From: Fimbriosthenelais zetlandica
Lineage: Eukaryota
Assembly: GCA_977030845.1 (NCBI GenBank)
Contig: OZ365115.1
Coordinates: 15,252,001-15,316,000 of the forward strand
DNA length: 64,000 nucleotides
Reading direction: 5' to 3'
The position numbers were made by a program, and so were the translations under genes. The notes under the pieces are model-generated. The model did no database searches, was not told where the DNA came from, and saw only the letters and a list, made by a program, of their open reading frames with translations. Shown piece after piece: positions 51,741 through 64,000 of the stretch. Each line of letters starts with the position of its first letter. The stretch's first letter is position 1.

Positions 51741-53543
51741 GGTTGTACTCTCCTAACCCTGGTCTTTCACCAAGCTTTTTTATTCTTAAATATAAAATTT
51801 AATAATTTATTTTGTATAGCATAAGTCAGTTATGCTCTAAATCCCTTTATTACATCATAAAAGAATATACTTCAATTAATTGATGATTTTTCACTAAAAA
51901 TATGTGATAGATTTAAATGATAAGTTGGGAGGGGAGTTAACTCACTCTGGGTGTTCACCAATGATACAAGGGTTGGCGCTTCAATCCCCCGACATGTCCA
52001 AAGCATTTTCACTGCCTCCCTCAGCGTTCTAGAGGACCTGCACCTGGGAAATAGCCTTGCATAGAAGGCAATGTAGAAAGAGCCCCCCCCCCCCCCCCCC
52101 AACTAAAAACCATACATGAACCGGACTCGTCAAGAGCGTGAGCAGGTATTTGCTAATAACAAATCCTAACTAAAAAAATAAACTTCATATAATTATTAAC
52201 ATTAGATTCAATACATTTTATTCTAAACATTATCCTAAACATTATTCCAATAGGCCAACGTAGTTAGTTAAAATTGATTTGGCAAAAATAATTCAATATC
52301 CTACTGGTTATACAAGCCCAAATTTCTATACTTGTATTTTTCAGAGACGAAAAGGTGCTATGCTCTGTCATTTACCCATAGAAGTTCTATGCATTTACCT
52401 AACTATATAGCTTGGTTCCCGCCTACTGTCTAGGTGGCGCTAGGGGCGCCCAGTAACCTCTCAGTTAGGTCTTGGGACAAGGCTAAAGACCTAACCTCTC
52501 AGTTAGGTCTTGGGTCAAGGCTAGGGCACTCAGCTGATGGTGGCGACTAGAAAAAGTGCTGGCACCTGGTGGTTTCCAGCTGAAGTAAAGGCGCGGCGGA
52601 GCTCAGTTCACTCGCGACACACAAGGTGGCACCACTGAATACTGCCTATTATCGCCCACAACAACATTGCTTCACCGTTTACAGGCTCATAGACAACTTG
52701 GCTTTGTTCTCTTGGACGTAAGAAACTCTCAACGTAAATCTACCGACTGATTTCAATTTTGGTCCATTTAGGAGCTTTCTTTGATCTACAAACGTCGCCT
52801 GAACATTCCGATCGACGCCCCATTCACTTAGCATTCATCATTAGTTCCCGATTTTCCCGGTGGTATTGTCGTGCGAAATTTGGTTCACTGCGAAATTTGG
52901 TTCCCGCCTGAGTGGGCGGGGCTTAGCGATAAAACCACAGAGGGGACTTCTGGCGGTGTAAGTGAGATCATGGCCATGGGTACTGCCCCCAGCCCAGGCC
53001 CAGCGACTACGGGGGAGGGACGGATGCTCTGTCTACTATCCTTCGAGATCACATATTCTCTAATTTTAAACTAAATTAAAATCTAAAAACAGGAATTTGA
53101 TATAATTTCGCTAAATAATGGCCGTATTGAGTCATAACTGCGGCATCCTCCAGCCATAGATGTGTAGGGGTGTGGGGCTACCCCGAGGAGATTTTGATTT
53201 AGATGCACGTCCTTAGATGAATTCTGGTGCATTCTGAGAGAAAAGAGAGAGAGTCTAAATTTGGGAAATATAGGTCTAATGTCAAGTGTATTTTACGTTT
53301 TTAGATGCACGTCCTTGGATGAATTCTGGTGCATTCTGAGAGTCGTGTTGGCATCAAGTGGTAGGCCTAAATATTGAGTCAGTTTCCCCTAAAACAATTA
53401 TAATTAAGGCCCCCATAAAACAAAGCATTTTAGCTGCTTTAATTTGCATTCTGTGGTGATTTTCAGCACTTTAGTTATTAACTTAACCAGATTTGGGATT
53501 AATATTTGACCCTAAAATTAACTTATTTTAACCAAGATTTTAA

Positions 53544-54438
53544 CCCTTTAATGCCGGGGAATGCATATTTGCATCACCGTAAACGTACGGGGAATGCAAA
53601 TTTGCATTAAAGCCGTATGGTAGCCATTTTTTCCAAGATAGAGAAAGGAATTTGCTACATTTTGGTGAAAAAATCTTTTTGAAATTCCCAGTAGAAGTGA
53701 AGATTCGGCCTTTGAAAGTGGGCAAGTCGGAAATTTTCAAGAACCTGTGATTTTGCTGAGCATGGCAATTTCACGAGAAAAAATAGTCCAAAACCCAATT
53801 ACCCCCTTATTTGAGAAATATGTATAAAGCAGTAATTCTTTGATTATTTTCTTAGTTTTCATCCGATTTTTTTACAAAGTAAATTTTATTTATGAGCTTG
53901 GATCACGCTCTATAAATTTCCATTCCTTGATTGTAGACTCCACATAGACCTGTTACCATGGAAACAGTAAAATTGAGGGATATTTTATTTTTTCCAGAAA
54001 ACTGGTTGCCATGGAAACCGAAAATGCATAATTAAAAGTTGGATTTTTTGCCAAAATCATAGTTTCATTGTATTAAGGACAAAAAGTTATGAAAAGTGTA
54101 TTTTTAACATCTTTTTAATTTTCTAAATTATTTTTAGCATTTTTTTGCCAAAATATTGAAGTAATAAGGTCCAAAATTTCATCAGATTTTTGGAAATTCT
54201 TCCATATTCTAACCGTCATAACATTTTCTATATGTTAGACACTACTATAATGCTTACATGGTTGGATGCAGTGGAAAAAGTAGAAAACGGAGATACCCAA
54301 ATTTTGAATATAATATAAACTGTACAGGTACTCTTCATCTGAGGTGTCAAATAATGATCAAAATGGCCATTTTAAGGGCTAGTTCAGGGCCCTCGTACTA
54401 CTGGCACTGTCGCTTCCATAGGACTCGGCATTAAAGGG
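53544..54438. mobile_element. 895-bp non-autonomous piggyBac-like element
   Basis: TTAA|CCCTTTAATGCC ... GGCATTAAAGGG|TTAA: a 12-bp TIR starting CCC with a TTAA TSD, and no transposase ORF. Confidence 0.85.
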
Positions 54439-55108
54439 TTAAAGATTTTCCAAATATGCTATATCAAAGGATGGATCTTCTTTCAACAGTACCCATCATG
54501 TTACTGACACTTGTTAGGCCTATATTTGTTGATTTAACAATTATAGCCAGGTTTAAGCTATGTGAGGTAGGCCTACAGTGGATGTAGAGAATCAGGGGAT
54601 ACTCTGCACTGATAAGTGCTACTGCCACCTTAACCTTCCCATTAATATTTCCCCGACATCATAGCCCTAGCCCTCGGACAGAGATAATAAATGCATACTT
54701 CATATATGTGTCACAGTAAGACTGGAAAGTGATGCAACGCTTTGGTCTTGGAGGATGCTGACCTATCGGAGACTGGCCCGGCCTTATCTCTAGTCTCCAC
54801 GGCAACTGACTACTTAATACCATGGTCATTGTATACATATGTTACCTATTTTCAACCTATAGGCCTATCGCATTGACCCATATATTATTTAGTCTCGCTT
54901 CACTATATTGCATCACAGCAAAGTAGCCGCCCGAGGTGGAACTCTACGGAGCTGTATATGACCTAAAACGTCTGAGATAGTCACCGTATGGGACAAGTGT
55001 GGCTATAATCGGTGACGATTAATTAAAATCAGGGTGGAACTCGTTAGCCACTGGGCCAAGCGGGGTGGTTCGTTCGAACTGGTAGAACCACCCGTAGTTA
55101 CGGGCCTG

Positions 55109-55801
55109 CGAATCCATTTCCCAATGCTCGCCTCTCCCGAATCCATTTCCCAATGCTCGCTTCTCCCGAATCCATTTCCCAATGCTCGCCTCTCCCGAAT
55201 CCATTTCCCAATGCTCGCCTCTCCCGAATCCATTTCCCATTGCTCGCCTCTCCCGAATCCATTTCCCATTGCTCGCCTCTCCCGAATCCATTTCCCAATG
55301 CTCGCCTCTCCCGAATCCATTTCCCATTGCTCGCCTCTCCCGAATCCATTTCCCAATGCTCGCCTCTCCCGAATCCATTTCCCAATGCTCGCCTCTCCCG
55401 AATCCATTTCCCAATGCTCGCCTCTCCCGAATCCATTTCCCAATGCTCGCCTCTCCCGAATCCATTTCCCAATGCTCGCCTCTCCCGAATCCATTTCCCA
55501 ATGCTCGCCTCTCCCGAATCCATTTCCCATTGCTCGCCTCTCCCGAATCCATTTCCCAATGCTCGCCTCTCCCGAATCCATTTCCCAATGCTCGCCTCTC
55601 CCGAATCCATTTCCCAATGCTCGCCTCTCCCGAGTCCATTTCCCAATGCTCGCCTCTCCCGAATCCATTTCCCAATGCTCGCCTCTCCCGAATCCATTTC
55701 CCAATGCTCGCCTCTCCCGAATCCATTTCCCAATGCTCGCCTCTCCCGAATCCATTTCCCAATGCTCGCCGCTTCCCGAATCCATTTCCCAATGCTCGCC
55801 G
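55109..55801. repeat. 29-bp VNTR, ~24 near-identical copies
   Basis: Unit CGAATCCATTTCCCAATGCTCGCCTCTCC in head-to-tail copies with no spacers and only single-base variants. Confidence 0.97.
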
Positions 55802-57571
55802 CTCCTGACCGGAGGACCAGCGTGAGGACGGATGCCCCGCGTGAGGACGGAGGAGATGATGAAAACGGGAAACACTGGTTTCCAGTAAGTATAATAAGCG
55901 TGCGTGGTCGTAGCCTGTCAAAGCCTGTCCCGTTCCACAGCTGAATAAGGTGTGGACACTCATCATGATTAATGTTCACATCCCGGTGGTTTCAAAGAGT
56001 TCTAAGGTAGCGCCCCCAACCCCTTCATCTCCCATTCTCATCCCCGTGTTTCACCCATCGTTGACCTAATCTCACAGTATGGCATGGTGTGGTACATATA
56101 GGCCTATGGATTTTACTGCGCGGCCTGGGATTTTTTTTCATTAGGCCCTACTGGAATTTTTTTTTTCATTTATTTATTTAAGCTTCCGACCTCCGACGTC
56201 TAAAATGTTTATATCATATAATTTTTTTTTAGCAGTTTATATATAGCCTACTTTTAATGAAGATTTAAAAACGAATATTTTTGCAGGGCCTACGATGACT
56301 AGGCTATTGTGATTCAGACATTTTTTATTTATTATTAAGCCCGCCCCAAAAAAAACAAACAATAAAAAAAGCTAACCTATAGATTATTTGCTGGTAGGCC
56401 GACTGGCTTGATATTTAAAAACGGAAGCTACTTCTCTCCCACTAATTTTCCTTCTAAAATCATCGAAATAGGCTACCCTAGTTGGTGGGACAAAGTGATC
56501 TCGATCCTGTTTAGTTTGCCATCTACACTTGAAAGGTTATAGGCCTAGGCCTAGGCCTACTCCTAATTGTAGGCCTATGGTATATGATGAGACAGAGAAT
56601 ATCGAAAAAAAATACTTTGTAAAATTGAAAATGTCTTTTTGTGGTGCCGAATAATATCAGGTAACAAAAATAAATTATCATATAGGCCTATCTTGAATAT
56701 GCATTATGATACTGAGCCATTTAGGCCTACTTCTAATTGGATTGAAAGTTTTGACAATATTTTTTACAAACACTGGTCTAGGAAATGAAGATGATATATT
56801 ACAAACAAACCATGTTATATCTTTTGATGTTTTGTCAAAAGTGGTTCCTGATTGTAGGCCTATGAAATAAATCAATCTAATTGATACAAATATTGAGGCG
56901 TTAGGTCTTCGCATTAGGCCTACCGATGGCACTGCTAGGCCACTAGGCCTAATACTTAGTGTTGCTTACCGTCCCCCTTGTGGGAGCATTTCCGACTTTG
57001 TCGACTCTCAATGAATTGACTGTAGGCCTAGCCTACTAGCCTAGGCCTACTGGACGTAATGATACGGTCCTGATCGGTCCTTTTAATACTAGGCTAATCT
57101 TATCTTTTTCAAAATAATAGTGGCAAAAACACTTCTTGCCTTCACAAATAGTTGACTGGAAACAATAATTAAGGATCCTACTAGAATTGACATGCAACAG
57201 AAATCCTGTAACGACTTTAATCTTTGCTGATATGGTTCATCTTCATACTGCTGGTACTATCAATCACACTCCGCACAGTGGCGCTCCAGTCGTTCCACAA
57301 TAGCCGACCGGAAGCTGCTGCCCCCGTAGACGGATCGAGGAACTAAGATCCCAAGGTCAAGGTTATCCTCACAGGGAGCATATTTTTATTTGATAAATTG
57401 CGATTTTTAATAGCAGTAGAGCTAATTGGCTTATTAAACTTCCGTCACAAAAAGAAAGAAATATTATTATGTTTCAAAGTGTGCTAAGTTAATGGAAATC
57501 CCTTGATCGGCTAAATAATCGTGAGACAAAGAAATGAGTTTTAGGAAACTGAACCGCTCCCGGCCTCCAAT

Positions 57572-60500
57572 ATGGCGGAAGAGGATGGGGACATCGTCGA
57601 TAGTTGGGAAGATCTAGAAGATAACGGCGTAAGTTCTCCACATATCTTACATTTGTCCATTATTACCACCTGATCTGCATCCAACTGCATGGAGGAATTT
57701 ATTCTCTGTTAAAATCGTGAGATCCTTATCCGTTTTCATGTAGAATAACGAGACATTTTAAGTTCGTCGGGGTGCCAGATTTTGGAGTGGGTTCAGAAAC
57801 TCGTGTTGAGAGCATGAGAAAAATGTTTAATCATCTTAAATGTTTGACTAACTGACACTATAGGAAGCTATATTCTCTGTTTGGGGTTTGTGACATGCCG
57901 TAGACCATGTCTATTTGCTTGAAGGTTATTTTTGATGCCGTTTTTGGGTGCGGTTTGTGTTAGTCATAGTGAGCGAAAGCGACACTCACGAACAGTGTGA
58001 CTGAGACTGACACAGTGACAGTGAGTGACAGCTTCACTTTCTTCCCGACTAGAGTAGAGTGGACCGTCACCTAGCCGTGAAAATTTGAAGTGTCAATGTG
58101 TCACTGTCATTAGATTAAGTTCTGGAATAAAAGTAGGTACCAGTATAGGCCTACCCGGTACAGAGAAACCTTGATTACTTGACGTCACTGATTTAGGAAC
58201 AATCGTGGAAAATCTTAAACAGTCCCACCTTCTGACCATCTCCAATAGGCAATACTGGCAATAGAGGCCTAGGGCTAGGCCTATATATAATGAGTCTGAC
58301 TAGTCCGGTAGGTCTATAATAGACCATATAAGTTCACGATAGTGAAAATTTCCATTCCCTTACTTAGTTAGGTTTATTCACTATGTCTATTCACTACTTG
58401 CTACAAGTTACCATATCTGTCCAATTTATCAATACTGTGTTGTAGGGGCTTAGGCCTAGGCCTGGGTCACCATACAAACTTGGTAATGCAATGGATCAAT
58501 GTTAAAAAAAGTGGGGTTTTCCGGTCCATGTAAGCCTTCCTAATCATTTACAAATTTTAAATTAGTAACGGTATGGCATTCTTTTCCAATCAAGAATAAC
58601 GTTTTCCTACATTTATTTTCATTGAAGACACTAGACAAGAAATTGAAAGAAATGAAGCCAAAGAAGAAACAGGTTGAAAGGTAAGTTAAAAACTTCCAAT
58701 AAGAAATAAACGTCTTAGTCTTTGCCATGTTATTCAAACTATGTAGGAAGTTTAGAAGATTCTGAGTTACATTTGAACTCTACTTATTCAGCAAACCAAT
58801 TACCGTACCCGTATATAAAATAAAAAGAGAGCCATGTAAATACTTGGTTTAAAAAGGAGGTCTTCCCTATGAACCCCGTATGACTATTAATGATTAACTC
58901 TTATCATATCAATTTTTTATCATTTCAATTTTGTTTTCATAGGAATTATGATATGAACTTCGATAATTTTGTCATATTTCAGTGGGGGTTTCACCACCCC
59001 AGCCCGCCCCATAGATGACAGTGGGCGCACTCAGTTCACACCCCAGATTAAAATCCTCAAACGTGAGCCCAACGCCAATTCTACTGTAGATACAAATCGG
59101 TAAGAAAAACTAAGTTAAGTCTAAAATAAGACTATTGAGAATGTGTCAAAATGGAAATCGGTCTACAAGAAAATGATCCTGTTGAATAATCTGGTAAAAA
59201 TGATGCATTTTTGTTTCCATGAAATATCTTGGGTAACTCTGTTGGCCCCTATTGTCCCCTATTGTCAATATCCAAACCAGATCTGTGATAGATATTTTTG
59301 ATAACTGGCAGATATTTGTTAACATTGATAGATATTTTAGTGATCACTGGCAGATATTTTGAATCACTGATAGATATTTTGAATCACTGATAGATATTTT
59401 AGTGATCTCTGGCAGATATTTTTGTTCACTGATGAATATTTTGAATCACTGATAGATATTTGGAATCACTGATAGATATTTTGATCAGTCTGATAGATAT
59501 TTATGACCACTGGCAGATATTTTTGATCGCTGATAGATATTTTCATTTTCCCTCAGGCCATCTGTAACGAAACCTGCCAAGACTTTAGAGCAGCGGGAGG
59601 CAGAGTATGCAGAAGCACGCCTTCGTATCCTAGGTTCAGACTACGCCGGCGGTACTACTACTGCTAACTGTACTAATAACGCCACTACTGCCACCACCAC
59701 CACCACTACCACCTCCACCACCGCCAACCACACCCACACAGACAACCATGATCCTAACAGAGGAGATGGGTAAGATTCTCATGTGATTTTTTTGTATTCA
59801 GGAAATTTTAATAGAAAATATATATAAGGATCCAATAATGTTGGGGCACGAGGTTCCAACACAAAAAAATTGTTTTTTCCCAGCCTGGTTAAACAATAAA
59901 ATAACCCAAGATCTAAGGATGCACTGGGCTCACTCTAGCAGAATTTTGTGTATCAAAAAGTGTATCAAAAGACAGCGAATTTTAGAAATTTGCAGTTGGC
60001 AATAGCAGACGCCAAATCAAGCTGGTTGGATTTTCCTTCAACTCTGACATTTGTGTGATGATTTTCTTTTAGCTGAGTATTATTTTTATTCGCAAATTGC
60101 GACAGTGCGATCGGGTAGAGCGAGCCCAGATTTCCAATAGACTCAAATTATATAATATCTGCCGTAAACACTTTTCAAAATCGTTTCCCTACATTTCGGC
60201 CAACTATGGAATACAGGATTTACCAAGGAATATGGGAATAGATACTCCATATCCCAAATATGCATATCGGAATATTTTGATAACAGTACGGTAATTGACT
60301 TTTAGATTCTTATAGTTTTTACTTTTTTGTTACTAATACAATGCGACCACTTGAATCGGACTTCTCATTCTTTTTAAATGAATTTTAAAATGTAATTAAC
60401 AGAGGTCGAAGTATATACAATTTTGTATAGAGAAACAGTTTCTTAATTTGGTATGAATATTCGATTTTTCCAGTGCTCCGAGACTTGTTTCTAAGTTTGA

Positions 60501-60591
60501 AGGCATGAAGGTGACTGAAAACGTCGTACGACAGCCGCGAGGCCCCGACGGATCCAAAGGCTTTTCTACCAATGCCAACGTAGGGAGGTAG
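57572..60591 (+). CDS. SZRD1: SUZ RNA-binding domain-containing protein 1, 5 exons, 185 aa
   Basis: Exons 57572-57628, 58628-58680, 58983-59099, 59557-59769, 60474-60591; phase-consistent. Motifs DSWED, PQIKILKR, KTLEQREAEYAEARLRILG (SUZ) and VVRQPRGPDGSKGF (SUZ-C). ETS CCGGAAG sites lie upstream. Confidence 0.95.
59285..59540. repeat. Degenerate ~21-bp minisatellite before the SZRD1 exon 4 acceptor
   Basis: Repeated (TGATA/TGGCA)GATATTTT-GAATCAC. Confidence 0.85.
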
Positions 60592-62729
60592 TCCTCCGCT
60601 AGCCCGAATATTAACCTTAACAAGAAAGAGAGCCTCGCTTCACCCTAAGTGAATATGGAGACCACTTCAAAGATAAGTCCTTCACACTCAACTGCATCAT
60701 TTGGAAAGTAACCAGGAAAATTGAGTATAAATTTTCACGAGATAGATTAGGGCAAACACATAGGAAATCCGATCCTATGTTTTGTAGATCATTGTATGAA
60801 TGAAACGTTTCCTGATAGGCCCTGGGTGTGGCCATGGTGCATTCTCAAACTCAAAATATGTTCCCAGGGTGGAAGATTATAATGTACTTCCACAAAGGGG
60901 GCATATTATGAATATGAGGACATATTTTCTTCCTTCCAATAAGGCAGTCGGGAGTCGGTCTTAAGACGGAAGTGGTTTTTCATATATTCACATGTGTTTT
61001 CAATATTATGAATCCCCTTTATGGCGATGGAGCTGAGAATCTTAGGTTGTGTCCATTTAAATACTTGATCAATTTTACCCCTATTTTATAAATCCTTAGT
61101 CAAATGATAGACATAAATTACCTAAGTTGGAACAGGCAGTTTTTCCCCTTGAAATTTAAGAAATTGAGTTGTTTTTAATATTTCTACATAACATCTGGGT
61201 GTTTGAATACTAAATATTGAATCTCCAAATACTAAAACTCTTACTTAATGCTATATGAAATGAAAGTGGGTTTTGGAAAAGTTATTTGGAGCGTTCATGG
61301 TACAATTGTATGCGTAGGTATAGCAGGTGTATTAGTACGCTATATGAATAGAAAATGGCGTTGCCTAGATACCAAAGGCTAAATAAGGGGTCGACCTGTA
61401 CTCTTTCGTCCATGTCTAGAAGAAATTTTCTTTTTTAGTATAGATACCAAGTGCTCTTAATTGGATGCTATCTTTTCTTGGATTCTGACCATTTCTAGAG
61501 TTAAAATCTAGAGACAAATGGTCACTCTTACTTGTAGCCTATTATAAATATGAATTAAGGCACGATCCACTGTATAAGTGGTGTGCGGGTTATTATTTTT
61601 AATGTCTTAACGGTAATACCCAACTAGTGATTTCTGTATGCATTGAAAATCTGGAATTCAGTGGAAGCTTATTACAGTGTTATTTGTCAACTAATTAATT
61701 AATTATCTATATTTATTGTCATTCTATCAGTATTCCCACCTGGCATGACCCTTACTATTGGTGGGAGTTTATGAATATGAACACCTCTATTTTTCATTAT
61801 TTTATTTAAAACCATTCAATGTTCTCAAACAAAGATGTTTCTTTGGATTGCAAATATTGAATGGCAAACCCAATATATAACGAAAGCTTCTAATCTTTAT
61901 GTATTTCACCCCAAAATAAATGAGCGTAATTATTTGTATCTGTCCTCCTGCTTTGATTCAATATAAAGTTCAAACCTAAAGGGCTGGTATTATTTTAACA
62001 CTGATATCTTTTTCAGAGCTTAGCTTGGTTTTTACATTGCAGTCACAGTGCAGTGGCATAGATAACAATGACGAATAAGGTGAATTGTAGAGCTTTTTCG
62101 AACAAATAACTGAAGCTAAGACTGGAATATATGTGTTTGTGATTTTCTGTCCACGACAGTTGTAAATGTTATATACATGCTGTAGTTTGCCAAGATTGCA
62201 ACGTATTTGAACTGCTGGTAAAAAAAACCTCCATAAAATGGGAGACTTCAATGTGTAGTTCCACACTTAATAGCCAAGTGTGGATATCTAAGGAGGGAAG
62301 CCTTTACTGAAGTTTCCCATTCAAACATGTATCACTTGATGACATATTTTAAATAGATTTTATCATATTTAATACAGCATTAAGTCAGTTTAAAAATGTA
62401 TGTGTGAAAAATGCAAGAACCCGAATGACAAGTTTTGAAATTAATCAAAATCAAGGAACAAAATTATTGACGGCTTTTCGATCTCTTTTGAGAATTATGA
62501 GTGGTAGATGATAAACCACTCTGGTATAAATCTGGAGATTTAATGTCACCCTTCAATCTTTGGAGATTACTGAGAAAATTTTATCATTAGTATAATGTAA
62601 CTTAATCGTAATAAAAAAATATTTCCTCACCTAAATCCTGCCTATTTATAGTGTAATTTCACAGGCAGCAACCCCCCCCCCCCCCCCCCCCCGCCAATCA
62701 TAATTCTTGCACGCCTTCTGAACTTCATA

Positions 62730-63080
62730 CATAGTTACCCCTACAACCATCCCACTAGTAGCCCAACAACCATTTGCTGCACCCCCACAAACACAAAATT
62801 GACCCCACAAACGCCAGACTGATCCCATAACCACCAAAATGAAATAACTCCACAACCACCTAACTGTCCTACAAAAATTGTATTCACCCTACATTTCTTA
62901 CCACGACTCTACAACCCTGGCAGGAACCCCACAACCTCTAGATTAACCCCACAACTATCCCAGTATGTCCACCCTCACCGAGCGACCCCACAACCATTGA
63001 GGTACCTCCACAACCTCCCACAAGCCATTCATTGCCTGCTACATATCAAACTAACGTCCATTTGTACCCCGGTAACCCCA
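62730..63080. repeat. Degenerate C/A-rich tandem repeat (CCCCACAAC)
   Basis: The CCCACAAC motif recurs, following a poly-C at 62673. Confidence 0.6.
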
Positions 63081-64000
63081 AATCACCCACTTAGTTACCG
63101 GTACTAAAAACAGAATGATACCAAAACTTTGCCCAGTATATTTCACTGAACATTTTCCCTGCATCTCCCTCAACCTTCGAACAAAAATTACGAAAACAAA
63201 ATTATGAGAAGGGAATATAATTTAGCTTCTGTGTATTTTTGTCATAATTATATTATTGGATTTTACGTTATAGCCCATGCCCCAGCATGTGTTGGTGTAT
63301 CTAGAAAAATAATTAATCCATATTTAAACGTGTTACTTTAAGGTATTAGGGGATTAAGCTTCTTTATCACAAATGCCAGGTTGCTCATGATAATATTCTA
63401 TTTTTTAAAAGGTTTACCAAAATGTAATTTTTTTTTTAAAAAACATCCATTGTGACCCAATGGTCCATCTTCTAGTTGCAACAGAGTCTTAACTGCAGAA
63501 ACTAGTGAGGAAGAAAATAGTGTTTTAAATAGGACTACGAATGGATGATGATAGGAGATTACAAACATTGCTGCTGACTGCAGAGCTTTATTTTATTTCT
63601 GAGGGTTGGGCTGTGTGTGGGTGCGTGGGAGGGCGTGTAAGAGCATGGGTTCTTCATAATAAGGACTGTATGTGTGTATAATTAGTGCGTGTAGAAGTGT
63701 GTGACCATGTGGGTAACCCGCTACAGTAATATAAAGACTGGCCATGTTGCCTTCTGATGAGACTGCCACCTGGTGTATAACACTATGTACTTGCCTCCCC
63801 CTAGTGGACAACCCCTGTCATTAAAGAAATCAACTTGAAATTCGTATTAGGTATTTAAATCCACAGTAAGTCCAATTTAAAAAAAAAACTATTTTAAAAT
63901 CTAATTTAACTTGTGAAACGAAGCTTTGATCAAGGACATGTGGCATGAAGGTCTTTTATGTATGGGCTTTTCCACTAGGGGAGAAACGGACGTGGTGCTA

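Noticed and set aside
55109-55801. Possible CRISPR array
   Set aside because: The repeats are head-to-tail with no unique spacers, there are no cas genes, and the context is eukaryotic.
55003-55979. Six long overlapping ORFs (208-315 aa) on both strands
   Set aside because: They arise because the 29-bp repeat unit contains no stop codon in any frame on either strand; there is no independent coding evidence.

Overview
AT-rich, intron-rich animal genomic DNA from an invertebrate, probably a lophotrochozoan (annelid or mollusc); the taxon is inferred, not shown. No prokaryotic or CRISPR features. By manual splicing I reconstruct four complete genes: (1) an intact 12-exon L-gulonolactone oxidase, GULO (minus, 18640-23610, 440 aa); (2) a secreted, transmembrane-less, highly divergent AChBP/Cys-loop ligand-binding-domain protein (minus, 25282-27147, 243 aa); (3) eIF4G2/DAP5/NAT1 (plus, 31765-48467, 979 aa), which must start at a non-AUG codon, most likely CUG; (4) SZRD1 (plus, 57572-60591). 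There is also a small orphan multi-exon gene (plus, 17100-18031) and fragments of an unidentified minus-strand gene running off the left edge. RNA genes are a U4 snRNA nested in GULO intron 1 and an intron-containing tRNA-Tyr(GUA). Repeats include a tRNA-derived SINE, piggyBac-, hAT-, Harbinger- and pogo-like MITEs, microsatellites, splice-site minisatellites and a 29-bp VNTR. The best leads are the His-rich soluble AChBP-like protein, the nested TATA-containing U4 gene, and candidate cryptic exons that would give DAP5 an AUG start.
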